This document shows, piece by piece, positions 13,114 through 25,012 of a DNA stretch of 64,000 bases. A program made the translations under genes and the position numbers. Source of the DNA: an uncultured Pseudohongiella sp. (GTDB lineage: Bacteria; Pseudomonadota; Gammaproteobacteria; Pseudomonadales; Pseudohongiellaceae); assembly GCA_964405225.1 (NCBI GenBank), contig CAYOND010000015.1, positions 4,939 through 68,938 of the forward strand. The letters are read 5' to 3'. The notes below the pieces were generated by a model. It was not told where the DNA came from, searched no databases, and was given only the letters and a program-made list of their open reading frames with translations. Position 1 is the stretch's first letter. Each line of letters starts with the position of its first letter.

Positions 13114-14532
13114 TCATTTACCGATACAAAAAGACGAGAAGATCTCCCCCAGCAAGTCATCACTGGTAAATTCACCAGTTATGCGTGCCAGGGCCTTCTG
13201 GGCCAGACGCAAATCTTCCGCCAGCAGTTCCAGTGCCCCCTGATCCTGCAACTGCTGGTTGGCAGCTTGCATAAATCCTTGCGCGTCATGCAGTGCAGCC
13301 AGATGACGTTTGCGCGCCGCAAAGACGCCTTCATTACCAGGGTGGAAGCCCGCCTGCTCACGCAGGTGTTTTCTTAATAGATCGAGTCCTGCACCGGTAA
13401 GTGCGGATACATAAAAGCGGGGTATTTCTTGCCCGTTAATCTGAACCGAGTCAGGATCTGACTGAGCCGCGCCAATGAGATCAGCCTTATTGTGCAGCAA
13501 CGTAAGTTTTTGCACCTGACCATTGCTTATACCATCACTATCCACATCCAAACCAAGGTCTTTCAACAGTTTATCCACTGGTAATTCAGCGTCTTTCTCG
13601 CTGGCATCTACTACCAGCAAGATCCGGTCAGCGTCCAGCATGGCAGCCTGGGCACGCCTCACACCCTCCTGCTCAACGACATCATTACTCGTCCGCAATC
13701 CCGCGGTATCGAATACATGCAATGGCAGTCCTCCCAGATCCAGATGCACATTCAATATATCGCGAGTAGTTCCGGGAATGTCTGTCACTATGGCTTTATC
13801 TTCCCCCGCCAGTTTATTCAACAAACTTGATTTGCCAGCATTCGGCTTACCGGCAATTACCACACGCAAACCTTCTTTTAATATGCTTCCCTGTTGTGCT
13901 TGCTTCAGGGTGTCTTGTAATAGCAGACAGATTTCATCCAGGCCTTTGGCGACACCGGTAGTGCCCAGAACATCAATATCTTCGTCGGTGAAATCAATCG
14001 CGGCTTCAACATTTACCCGCAATACCGTGAGTCTTTCAACCAGCCTGTGAATGATCGCCGAAAAATCGCCCTGCAGGGTTCGCATGGCAGAACGAGCCGC
14101 TTCGCTCGACTGGGCGTCGATCAGATCTGCAATCGCTTCAGCCTGCACCAGATCAATTTTATAATTAAGGAATGCCCGTTCAGAAAATTCACCCGGTCTT
14201 GCTTGTCTGGCACCCAGTGCAATAACCCGATCGAGCACGAGTTGTAATACATGATTACCCCCGTGCCCTTGCAGCTCAAGAACATCTTCCCCGGTAAAGG
14301 AATTAGGCGCAGGAAAGAGCAGAGCAATACCGTTGTCGAGGGTAATATTCTTCTCGTTCAAAAAATTACAGAAGTGGGCGTGACGTGGCTGCAGTTCAGT
14401 GCCAGTGATTTGTTTGGCAATTTCCAGAGTGGCTGGCCCGGAGACGCGCACAATACCGACACTACCGCGGCCACCAGCTGTAGCAATGGCGCAGATTGTG
14501 TCGGTGTCGGAGAGGATTGCTGAATTGACCAT
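13114..14532 (-). CDS. mnmE: tRNA modification GTPase MnmE (TrmE)
   Basis: 472 aa with G-domain motifs GKPNAGKSSLLN, DTAG and NKAD, plus the C-terminal CIGK. Confidence 0.95.
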   Translation of the reverse strand: MVNSAILSDTDTICAIATAGGRGSVGIVRVSGPATLEIAKQITGTELQPRHAHFCNFLNEKNITLDNGIALLFPAPNSFTGEDVLELQGHGGNHVLQLVLDRVIALGARQARPGEFSERAFLNYKIDLVQAEAIADLIDAQSSEAARSAMRTLQGDFSAIIHRLVERLTVLRVNVEAAIDFTDEDIDVLGTTGVAKGLDEICLLLQDTLKQAQQGSILKEGLRVVIAGKPNAGKSSLLNKLAGEDKAIVTDIPGTTRDILNVHLDLGGLPLHVFDTAGLRTSNDVVEQEGVRRAQAAMLDADRILLVVDASEKDAELPVDKLLKDLGLDVDSDGISNGQVQKLTLLHNKADLIGAAQSDPDSVQINGQEIPRFYVSALTGAGLDLLRKHLREQAGFHPGNEGVFAARKRHLAALHDAQGFMQAANQQLQDQGALELLAEDLRLAQKALARITGEFTSDDLLGEIFSSFCIGK

Positions 14533-14577
14533 AGTGCAATCACCTGGCGCGCAGCATGGATTTATTTCCGATATATC

Positions 14578-16287
14578 TCAGGATGATGCGGCTTTTTTGG
14601 CTTCGTGCGCTGCATCCAGTTTTCGTGTGATATACCACTGCTGCAAGATGCCCAATAAGCCGTTGGTTAGCCAGTACAAAACCAGTCCTGCCGGAAACCA
14701 TAGGAACATTAACGTCATCATAACCGGCATAAACTTCATGACATTGGCCTGCATTGGGTCTGCAGGAGTCGGACTGAGACTGGTTTGGAGATACATCGTC
14801 GCACCCATTAATAGAGGCAGGACAAAAAATGGGTCCCGGATTGACAAGTCAGTTAGCCACAGGAAAAATGGGGCGTGCCTGAGTTCAACGCTTTCCAGGA
14901 GCACCCAATACAACGCGATAAACACTGGCATTTGAACCAGCATTGGCAGGCACCCACCAAAAGGATTGATCTTCTCTTTTTTATAGAGATCCATCGTGGC
15001 TTTCTGCAACTTCATTTTATCGTCGCCGTAGCTCTCTTTCAGTTGCTGCATCTTTGGCATCAATCGGCGCATACCTGCCATAGAGCGATACTGGGTTTCG
15101 GACAGCTTGTAGAACAGGGATTTGACGACGATGGTCAGCAGGATGATAGAGATGCCGTAGTTACCAATGAGAGAATTTATCTGGGTAAGTAGCCAATAGA
15201 TGGGCTCAGCAATGAACCACAACCAGCTATAGTCGATGGTGAGGTCCAGATTTGGTGCCATGGCTGCAAGCGCATACTTGTCCTTCGGACCCACGTAATA
15301 ATGCAGCGGATAATCCCCTGTTTCACCTGGCTCCACTGTGAAAGCCGAGCTAGTGAATTCACCAAAATATTGGCCATTATTATTACGGCGCATAGTGTAG
15401 CGATTGTTGGCATCAACTTGCGGTATCCACGCGCTCAGGAAATATTGCTGATTGAAACCTATCCAACCACCCAGAGTTTCATGGCTTTGCGCGCCATCAT
15501 CCAGATCACCCAGGTCGGCCTCAATATACGGGTCGTCTTCTGATGTGCTAACAAAACCCAGGAACGTTCTCAGGAATCCGCCTGCACTACTGGGGTCATC
15601 AAAACCTGTGCGGCGGATTTGTCCAAAGGGGTTGGCTTGATACGTGTCTGCTGAGTTGTTCTCAACAATAAAAGACACGTCGATAAGGTAGCTGTCGCGT
15701 GTGAAGTGATAGCGCTTGGTTACGGTGACCCCATCGGCGGTCGTGTGATATAGATCGACCACGAGTTCATCCTGGCCTTCGCTCATGGTGTAGGAGGATT
15801 GTTCGGTCTGGTAAGTGGCGCGGCCGTTTGAATCAATTCCGTCACGACCAATGAGTCCGCTCTGGGCTACATACATCCGGTTATTTGTGGACTCGAGCAA
15901 CACAAAAGGATCATCGGGCACTTCAAGCTGTTTTAGATAGAGCGGAAGCGCGGCATATATAATATCTCCGCCATCCAGGTCGATGCGCAATTGCAATGTA
16001 TCAGTGGAGATTTCTATCGTTTCAGCATTGCTGGTAGCGGTTTGTGCTTGCTGTTGTGCTGCAACCTGGTCGGCTGTAGGTGCCGGGGCCGCTGGGACCT
16101 GAGAAGGCAAATCACTGTCATCTACAGGTAGCTCCGGGTTGCCCGCGGATTGTGGAATGGTCGGTAGCTGTGCGATATCCGCAGAACCATCATTGACCAA
16201 CGGTGGATAGTCTTCCTGCCATGCCAGCAGCATGAGGTAAGTGATAAGTGCCAGGGTGGTATATAAAAAGAAGCGTGTTAGATCCAT
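14578..16287 (-). CDS. yidC: Membrane protein insertase YidC
   Basis: 569 aa with an N-terminal TM, a large periplasmic domain and a conserved C-terminal 5-TM core (GCLPMLVQMPVFIALYW). Confidence 0.95.
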   Translation of the reverse strand: MDLTRFFLYTTLALITYLMLLAWQEDYPPLVNDGSADIAQLPTIPQSAGNPELPVDDSDLPSQVPAAPAPTADQVAAQQQAQTATSNAETIEISTDTLQLRIDLDGGDIIYAALPLYLKQLEVPDDPFVLLESTNNRMYVAQSGLIGRDGIDSNGRATYQTEQSSYTMSEGQDELVVDLYHTTADGVTVTKRYHFTRDSYLIDVSFIVENNSADTYQANPFGQIRRTGFDDPSSAGGFLRTFLGFVSTSEDDPYIEADLGDLDDGAQSHETLGGWIGFNQQYFLSAWIPQVDANNRYTMRRNNNGQYFGEFTSSAFTVEPGETGDYPLHYYVGPKDKYALAAMAPNLDLTIDYSWLWFIAEPIYWLLTQINSLIGNYGISIILLTIVVKSLFYKLSETQYRSMAGMRRLMPKMQQLKESYGDDKMKLQKATMDLYKKEKINPFGGCLPMLVQMPVFIALYWVLLESVELRHAPFFLWLTDLSIRDPFFVLPLLMGATMYLQTSLSPTPADPMQANVMKFMPVMMTLMFLWFPAGLVLYWLTNGLLGILQQWYITRKLDAAHEAKKAASS

Positions 16288-16293
16288 GATTGC

Positions 16294-16545
16294 CTACTTC
16301 TCCATTAACGGCTTCTTGTTATCTATGGGTTTGCCAGGAACTGGGTCGTAACCCCCTTCATGCCATGGGTGGCAACGGCAAATTCTTTTGGCTCCCAACC
16401 AGGAACCCCTGACCGAGCCATGCACCTGGATTGCTTCCTTCGTGTATTGGGAGCAGGTAGGGTGAAACCGGCATTGATTACCTATCAACAAACTAAGACT
16501 GTGCTGATACAAATTAATTAGTGCGATGAGAAATCTATCAAGCAT
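16294..16545 (-). CDS. yidD: Membrane protein insertion efficiency factor YidD
   Basis: 83 aa with [10 protein letters not shown] and [15 protein letters not shown] motifs. Sits between rnpA and yidC. Confidence 0.88.
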   Translation of the reverse strand: MLDRFLIALINLYQHSLSLLIGNQCRFHPTCSQYTKEAIQVHGSVRGSWLGAKRICRCHPWHEGGYDPVPGKPIDNKKPLMEK

Positions 16546-16553
16546 GAGTTGAA

Positions 16554-16940
16554 CTATGACCCGGCCAAAGTGGGTAGCTTCTGCAGCTTGGTTAATTTTG
16601 TGCTGAGGTCTGATAGCAAAGCTGTCAAAGACCGTCGCAGATTTTGGTTGTCGAGTGTATCAGCATCCTTGCGAGCGAGCACAACGATATCAAGGCCAGG
16701 CAGAATCTTCTGCTGGCGAAAACATTCGCGGATATGACGCTTGATGCGGTTGCGTTGCACGGCCTTTGCTACATTCTTCTTGGCTATGACCACCCCGAGT
16801 CTTGAACCCGGCTGGTCATTGCTGGTGGCGAGAATGAGAAAGTAACGACAGGAGACTTTGAACTGGGATTTTGAAAATACTGCGCGAAAATCCGCAGGCG
16901 TTAGCAGGCGTTTTTGTTTGGGAAAACCGCAATCAGCCAA
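16554..16940 (-). CDS. rnpA: RNase P protein component
   Basis: 128 aa basic protein with [17 protein letters not shown] and [12 protein letters not shown]. Downstream of rpmH. Confidence 0.88.
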   Translation of the reverse strand: MADCGFPKQKRLLTPADFRAVFSKSQFKVSCRYFLILATSNDQPGSRLGVVIAKKNVAKAVQRNRIKRHIRECFRQQKILPGLDIVVLARKDADTLDNQNLRRSLTALLSDLSTKLTKLQKLPTLAGS

Positions 16941-16978
16941 GTGTACTCTCTTTTCTCATTAATCGGGAAAAGTAGATA

Positions 16979-17113
16979 TCAGGCTGAGAGCTTGGCACGA
17001 CCCTTGGCGCGACGACGCTTCAATACCAGGCGTCCACTTTTGGTTGCCATGCGAGCGCGAAAACCGTGAGTCCGGGCGCGTTTGATCACACTGGGTTGAA
17101 AAGTTCTTTTCAT
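16979..17113 (-). CDS. rpmH: 50S ribosomal protein L34
   Basis: My own translation of the minus strand gives [44 protein letters not shown] (44 aa). It is not in the ORF track because it falls under the 60-aa cutoff. Confidence 0.93.
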   Translation of the reverse strand: MKRTFQPSVIKRARTHGFRARMATKSGRLVLKRRRAKGRAKLSA

Positions 17114-17314
17114 AATCTGATGACCGATAGTTCAGGCTTAACTGTTGCCAAATTTTGCCGGCTGAACCCAGCTAGCAAAAAGGATCGCGAATTCTAGAGG
17201 TTTTGTAGCCAACATGCAACGAATCCGGGCCGATCCCCTCACTTTAACCCGACAGCCCCCCGGGAATTAATATACCGCAAAATATCCCTGTCCCCTCCAA
17301 AACTTAATCACAAG

Positions 17315-17323
17315 TTATACACA
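17315..17323 (+). promoter_or_regulatory. DnaA box (TTATACACA, 8/9 to TTATCCACA)
   Basis: Direct match in the rpmH-dnaA gap. The same sequence occurs as box R2 in E. coli oriC. Confidence 0.45.
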
Positions 17324-17464
17324 GCTTATTTATTAACAGGTTGTCAGGATTAATTCCCGATTGGCATGAATTTGGCCTCGGTAATTATCGACTCGGTGGT
17401 TATAACTCATTGATTATATTGTGAAAAACCGGAAGCGAAAAAAGCGCTTTTTCTGCATATCAGC

Positions 17465-17473
17465 AGTGGATAA
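17465..17473 (-). promoter_or_regulatory. DnaA box (TTATCCACT on the minus strand, 8/9)
   Basis: AGTGGATAA on the plus strand, about 75 bp upstream of the dnaA GTG start. Confidence 0.45.
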
Positions 17474-17545
17474 CTTTGATGACAGTCCGCTAGAATTGCC
17501 TAAAAATTTATAACAACAAAAACAGATTAACGGACATTAGTAGTT

Positions 17546-18952
17546 GTGAAAATTTGGCAAGATTGTACTGACAGCCTGAGAACAGAGCTTCCCGCGCAAC
17601 AATTTAACACCTGGATTAGACCTCTTACCGCTGATTTCGATGGGACAACATTGCGGATTCTCGCTCCCAATCGATTCATACTGGATTGGGTCAAGGGCAA
17701 GTTTTTGCCGCGCATCGAAGCCCTCATCAATGAACTCAGTGAAGAACCTCTTGAACTCGCGCTCGAGGTAAACAGCAGCACGCCGACCCCGGTTCGGCAG
17801 CGCATTATAGAAGATGCTTCTTCTCCTGATGACTCTGTGAAGGCGGCCCCGCGGGAATTGGTCAAGAACAAATATCTGACCGAGCGCAGCCGTTCAAGTA
17901 TGGATACTATTATTGAGGGGAAGTTACGGCATCGCGGTACGCTCAATGTTACCAACACCTTTGATAATTTTATTGAAGGCAAGTCGAACCAGTTGGCCCG
18001 GGCCGCTGCGATGCAGGTCGCTGAAAACCCGGGTTATGCCTATAACCCATTATTTATTTACGGCGGTGTCGGTCTGGGTAAAACCCACCTGATGCATGCC
18101 ATTGGCAATTATCTGGTTGCCCGAAAGCCCGGAGCAAAGGTTGTTTACCTGCATTCGGAAACCTTTGTAGCCACCATGGTTACTGCCTTGCAGCTAAATG
18201 CCATTAATGAGTTCAAGCGCTTTTACCGATCGGTTGATGCCTTGCTTATCGACGATATTCAGTTCTTTGCCGGCAAAGAAAGATCCCAGGAAGAGTTCTT
18301 TCATACCTTTAATGCGCTACTTGAAGGGGGCCATCAAATCATTCTCACCTGCGATCGCTTTCACAAAGAGATTAATGGTCTGGAAGAAAGATTAAAATCG
18401 CGATTCGGCTGGGGGCTGACCGTGGCAGTAGAACCCCCGGAGCTGGAAACCAGGGCGGCAATTCTTATCAAGAAAGCGGCGTTGTGTGATGTTGATCTGC
18501 CTAATGATGCAGCGATGTTTATAGCCCAGCGTCTGCGCTCAAATGTGCGAGAATTGGAAGGCGCACTCAAGCGGGTGATCGCCCATGCAAATTTCAAAGG
18601 CGAGAAAATCAGCATCGAGTTGATCAAGGAAGCGTTGCGTGATCTTTTTGCTTTACAAGACAAGCTGGTCACAATTGATAATATTCAACGCTCGGTAGCC
18701 GAGTATTACAAGATCAAGATGGCAGACATGCTGTCGAAGCGCAGAAATCGTTCAGTGGCCCGGCCGCGCCAGGTTGCCATGAGTCTGTCAAAAGAGCTGA
18801 CCAACCACAGCCTGCCAGAAATTGGTGATGCATTTGGTGGTCGCGATCATACGACTGTGTTGCATGCCTGCAAGCAGGTTAACAAGTTACGCCATACCTC
18901 TATTGATATAGAAGAAGACTACAACAACTTGCTAAGGTCACTTTCAACCTAA
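17546..18952 (+). CDS. dnaA: Chromosomal replication initiator DnaA
   Basis: 468 aa with a GTG start, AAA+ Walker [19 protein letters not shown], and the C-terminal DNA-binding domain ([19 protein letters not shown]). Confidence 0.98.
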   Translation: MKIWQDCTDSLRTELPAQQFNTWIRPLTADFDGTTLRILAPNRFILDWVKGKFLPRIEALINELSEEPLELALEVNSSTPTPVRQRIIEDASSPDDSVKAAPRELVKNKYLTERSRSSMDTIIEGKLRHRGTLNVTNTFDNFIEGKSNQLARAAAMQVAENPGYAYNPLFIYGGVGLGKTHLMHAIGNYLVARKPGAKVVYLHSETFVATMVTALQLNAINEFKRFYRSVDALLIDDIQFFAGKERSQEEFFHTFNALLEGGHQIILTCDRFHKEINGLEERLKSRFGWGLTVAVEPPELETRAAILIKKAALCDVDLPNDAAMFIAQRLRSNVRELEGALKRVIAHANFKGEKISIELIKEALRDLFALQDKLVTIDNIQRSVAEYYKIKMADMLSKRRNRSVARPRQVAMSLSKELTNHSLPEIGDAFGGRDHTTVLHACKQVNKLRHTSIDIEEDYNNLLRSLST

Positions 18953-18980
18953 GTAAGCCATTGATAAATAAGGAAAATAA

Positions 18981-20081
18981 ATGCATTTCGTCATCTCACG
19001 CGATGCCCTGCTAAAACCACTGCAGATGGTTAGTGGAGTGGTTGAGCGAAGGCAAACCCTCCCGGTGTTGTCCAACGTATTGATCAATCTTGATGGCAAC
19101 GAGTTGTCATTGACTGGTACTGATCTCGAAGTTGAACTGATTGGTCGAACAGCGGTTGATGAGGCGACTGGTGATGGTGCGATCACAGTTCCGGCGCGCA
19201 AGTTGCTCGATATCTGCAAATCCCTGGCAGATGACGCGGTCGTTGAATTTACTCTTAATGATAATAAGGTGACCCTTAAATCGGGTCGAAGTCGGTTTAC
19301 GCTCACTACTCTGCCAGCTGCCGAATTTCCTGGAGTTGACGAAGAACCCGACAGTTTTTCTGTGACGATTGCCCAGTCTCGATTGGCGGAACTGCTGGAC
19401 CATACGAGCTTCGCCATGGCGCAGCAGGACGTGCGCTATTACTTGAATGGGATGCTGTTTGAAGTGGCGGGGGATTACTTGCGGGTGGTTGCTACTGATG
19501 GGCATCGTTTGGCCATGGAAACTCTGGCCATGAGCAACGAAATTGCCGAAACCCAACAACTTATACTGCCGCGTAAGGGTGTAATGGAGTTAGGTCGGTT
19601 ACTTGGTGAGCAGGATGAGATCACGCTGACCTTTGGGCAGAACCACATTCGCGCCCAGGTTCCAGCATTTACTTTTACCTCGAAACTGGTCGATGGCAAG
19701 TTCCCTGACTACAACCGGGTCTTGCCCAAAGGCGGGAACAAGGTTTTGTTGGGCGATTGTCAGGCGTTAAGGCAGGCGTTCACCAGGGTTTCAATCCTGT
19801 CCAATGAAAAGTATCGCGGCGTGAGGGTTATGCTGAGCAATGGTGAATTACGTATCCTGGCCAATAACCCGGAGCAGGAAGAAGCTGAAGAAGTTGTTGA
19901 AGTAGAGTACCAGGGCGATGAACTGGAAATCGGCTTCAATGTCAGCTACCTGATCGACGTGCTGACCACTATAGATAGCAAGAAGGCACGCATTACACTA
20001 TCGGATCCTAATAGCAGCGCCTTGCTGGAAGCGGATGAAGGTAGCGAGGCGCTTTACGTTGTCATGCCCATGCGGCTCTGA
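18981..20081 (+). CDS. dnaN: DNA polymerase III beta sliding clamp
   Basis: 366 aa with a typical clamp N-terminus (..LLKPLQMVSGVVERRQTLPVLSNVLI) and a C-terminal MPMRL. Confidence 0.97.
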   Translation: MHFVISRDALLKPLQMVSGVVERRQTLPVLSNVLINLDGNELSLTGTDLEVELIGRTAVDEATGDGAITVPARKLLDICKSLADDAVVEFTLNDNKVTLKSGRSRFTLTTLPAAEFPGVDEEPDSFSVTIAQSRLAELLDHTSFAMAQQDVRYYLNGMLFEVAGDYLRVVATDGHRLAMETLAMSNEIAETQQLILPRKGVMELGRLLGEQDEITLTFGQNHIRAQVPAFTFTSKLVDGKFPDYNRVLPKGGNKVLLGDCQALRQAFTRVSILSNEKYRGVRVMLSNGELRILANNPEQEEAEEVVEVEYQGDELEIGFNVSYLIDVLTTIDSKKARITLSDPNSSALLEADEGSEALYVVMPMRL

Positions 20082-20114
20082 TACTGGCAGCAGGTATCTG
20101 GAAACTATTATCAA

Positions 20115-21197
20115 ATGAGTGAACTGGCGCGGCTCGAAATCGGGGCGGTGCGCAATATCCTCTCAGCCTCACTATCCCCCTCTCCTACTATGAACCTGCT
20201 GCATGGCGAAAACGGCAGTGGCAAGACCAGCGTGTTGGAAGCCATCCATTTGTTGGGCACCGGCCAATCCTTTCGCAGTACTAAAATAGACCCTCTGATT
20301 AATCATGATGCGGACACAGCCACGGTTTTTGCCGAATTGGCGCAGGGCCAGCATATTGGGCTGGAGAAGTCCCGCAATCGTAATCACCAGCTTAAGCTCC
20401 AGGGTCAAAAACAGAGCGGTTGGGAAAGTGTGGCTCGAGTGCTTCCCGTACAAATACTCGATGCTCATACATTTTTACTGTTAGAAGGTGGTCCCAGAGC
20501 AAGAAGGCGGTTTCTTGACTGGGGTGTGTTCCACGTGGAACCCGAGTTTGTAGATGCCTGGCGCCGCACTCGCAAATGCCTGGCCAACCGCAATCTGCTA
20601 TTAAAGAGTCGCCAGGTTGATCGTGCACAATTGGCCGCATGGGAGCGCGAGCTGGATCAGGCCGCAACTATTGTTGATAATGCAAGATCACGGTATTTCG
20701 CGACATTTATGCCAGTTTTCTTGGCATTATATAAACAATTAGCGCACGATAGTGTTTCTGAGGTGCTTCTGGGGTACGAGCGTGGCTGGGAAGCAGGTAA
20801 ACCCCTTGCTCAGGTGCTCGATGAGACCCTGGAGACTGATACTCGCTACAAAGCGACACAGCATGGGCCCCACAGGGCTGAGTTGCAGGTCAAAATTGGC
20901 CGGAACCGGGCCATTGATGTGATGTCCCGCGGGCAGCAAAAACTTCTAGTGTGCGCGCTGAAGTTGGCTCAGGGCCAATTACTCGCAGATCAACTGGAGA
21001 GAAATTGTATCTATCTGGTTGATGATTTGCCTGCCGAACTGGATGAGCATAATGCGGGTGTTGTATTCGAATTATTGCGTGCTCAGGGTAGCCAGATATT
21101 CGTAACTTGCGTCAATCTCAAAGCCCTCGAAAACACCCTTAATTCAAGCGCTGAGGTAGCCCAGTTTCACGTGGAACGTGGTACAATAACGGCTTGA
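20115..21197 (+). CDS. recF: DNA replication and repair protein RecF
   Basis: 360 aa with Walker A GENGSGKTSVLEA and an SMC-like signature (SRGQQKLL) followed by LVDDLPAELD. Confidence 0.95.
   Translation: MSELARLEIGAVRNILSASLSPSPTMNLLHGENGSGKTSVLEAIHLLGTGQSFRSTKIDPLINHDADTATVFAELAQGQHIGLEKSRNRNHQLKLQGQKQSGWESVARVLPVQILDAHTFLLLEGGPRARRRFLDWGVFHVEPEFVDAWRRTRKCLANRNLLLKSRQVDRAQLAAWERELDQAATIVDNARSRYFATFMPVFLALYKQLAHDSVSEVLLGYERGWEAGKPLAQVLDETLETDTRYKATQHGPHRAELQVKIGRNRAIDVMSRGQQKLLVCALKLAQGQLLADQLERNCIYLVDDLPAELDEHNAGVVFELLRAQGSQIFVTCVNLKALENTLNSSAEVAQFHVERGTITA
20527..20542. promoter_or_regulatory. parS-like ParB binding site (TGTTCCACGTGGAACC)
   Basis: 15/16 match to the palindromic parS consensus TGTTCCACGTGGAACA. 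Lies inside recF over the codons for GVFHVEP. Confidence 0.6.
21163..21178. promoter_or_regulatory. parS-like ParB binding site (AGTTTCACGTGGAACG)
   Basis: 14/16 match to TGTTNCACGTGNAACA with both mismatches at the outermost positions. Lies inside the recF 3' end over the codons for QFHVER. Confidence 0.5.
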
Positions 21198-23699
<2,502 letters not shown>

Positions 23700-23703
23700 G
23701 AAC

Positions 23704-24444
23704 TCAGACACGGTTTCCCGGGTTTGCAAAACCGGACATCTGTTGTCGAATCCAGGCTTCAGCTACTCCAGTGAGTTTATCAGGCTCCTGATTGTCTGTT
23801 GGCAGCGGATCACCAATAACAACTGTTATAACACCGGGATATTTCAAGAACCTCCCCGGTGGCCAGCAATGCCCAGCGTTGTGTGCCACCGGCAATATGG
23901 GTACCCCACCCTCAACTGCCAGTTTGGCTGCCCCACGGGAAAACTTTCGATTTACTGTGACCGAAGAGCGCGTGCCCTCGGGAAATACAATAATCGAAAA
24001 GCCTTCACGAATTCTGGACACCCCCTGAGTGAGCAGCGATTTGCCCGCTTCCCTGGGTTTACTTCTGTCTATGGCAATTGGTTTGGACAACCTTAGCGCC
24101 CAGCCCCAAAAAGGGATGCTAAGCAATTCTTTCTTGAGTATAGGTGCCACAGGAGATACGAGTAGATAAAACAGCAGGGTTTCCCAGCTACTCTGATGAT
24201 TGGCCACCAGAACTACTGGCGTGCCGGGTAATCTATCTACGCCGGCAATATTGCACTTAACTCCGCAACTGATCTTGAGCCACGCCAGCACCCATCGACA
24301 CCAGGTCGCGGTATATTGGTATCTGCCTCGTTCCGGGAGAAACGGCCCAACCAGGAGAAACAGGCTGGACATCAGGATAGTGCCACTGCCATATCCCGTA
24401 TAGAAAAGCAGCGACCTTAAAAACAGAACGGGTAGACTATTCAT
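23704..24444 (-). CDS. 1-acyl-sn-glycerol-3-phosphate acyltransferase family protein (PlsC family)
   Basis: 246 aa with an N-terminal TM, acyltransferase block I as NHQSSWE (Glu where HX4D has Asp) and block III FPEGTRS. It holds the same position after gyrB as the Pseudomonas lysophosphatidic acid acyltransferase gene. Confidence 0.85.
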   Translation of the reverse strand: MNSLPVLFLRSLLFYTGYGSGTILMSSLFLLVGPFLPERGRYQYTATWCRWVLAWLKISCGVKCNIAGVDRLPGTPVVLVANHQSSWETLLFYLLVSPVAPILKKELLSIPFWGWALRLSKPIAIDRSKPREAGKSLLTQGVSRIREGFSIIVFPEGTRSSVTVNRKFSRGAAKLAVEGGVPILPVAHNAGHCWPPGRFLKYPGVITVVIGDPLPTDNQEPDKLTGVAEAWIRQQMSGFANPGNRV

Positions 24445-24994
24445 CCTGGTCCAAACCGGCGAGTAGCGCCTCAGTCACAGTCGCGAGGTCGGCGAATACG
24501 GCAACCTTTTCCAGGGCATTGTCGGCAAGGGCTTGCTGGGTGGTGAGTCCATTGCCCGTTTGAACCAGGACAGGAATACACCCATAGGCACGGCCGGCTT
24601 GCAGGTCCTTGAGGCTATCGCCGATAAACCAACTTTGTTTGAGGTCGTCGTGCATTTCACGGGAGATTTGCTGTAACAGACCGGTGCCGGGCTTGCGACA
24701 ATCACAGTTGTCATCAGGTTTGTGCGGGCAAAAGAAGATGCCATCGATAACACCACCAGCCTCTTCTACCATATGACACATCTTATGATGTATCTGCGCC
24801 AACGCAAACTGATCGAAAAGCCCGCGCGCCAAACCCGACTGATTGGTGGCAACAACGACTTGCAGCCCCGCACGACTCAATCTGGCAATTGCCTCGATGC
24901 TACCCTCGATGGGCAACCATTCATCAGCACTTTTGATATAGTCTTTTGAATCGTGGTTGATTACCCCATCCCGATCCAGTATGACTATTTTCAT
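24437..24994 (-). CDS. gmhB: D-glycero-D-manno-heptose 1,7-bisphosphate phosphatase (HAD family)
   Basis: 185 aa with the HAD motif ILDRDGVIN and the Zn-finger insertion CPHKPDDNCDCRKP typical of GmhB. Confidence 0.85.
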   Translation of the reverse strand: MKIVILDRDGVINHDSKDYIKSADEWLPIEGSIEAIARLSRAGLQVVVATNQSGLARGLFDQFALAQIHHKMCHMVEEAGGVIDGIFFCPHKPDDNCDCRKPGTGLLQQISREMHDDLKQSWFIGDSLKDLQAGRAYGCIPVLVQTGNGLTTQQALADNALEKVAVFADLATVTEALLAGLDQDE

Positions 24995-25012
24995 AGTATC
25001 CGCTGCCAGTAA

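Larger units (their letters stand above)
17114..17545. other. rpmH-dnaA intergenic region. Holds the dnaA promoter and is the favoured oriC candidate (Pseudomonas-type position).
   Basis: A 432-bp non-coding gap sits exactly at the minus-to-plus strand switch of the housekeeping genes. It holds two near-consensus DnaA boxes and AT-rich stretches, such as CTAAAAATTTATAACAACAAAAACAGATTAA next to the dnaA start. Confidence 0.4.
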
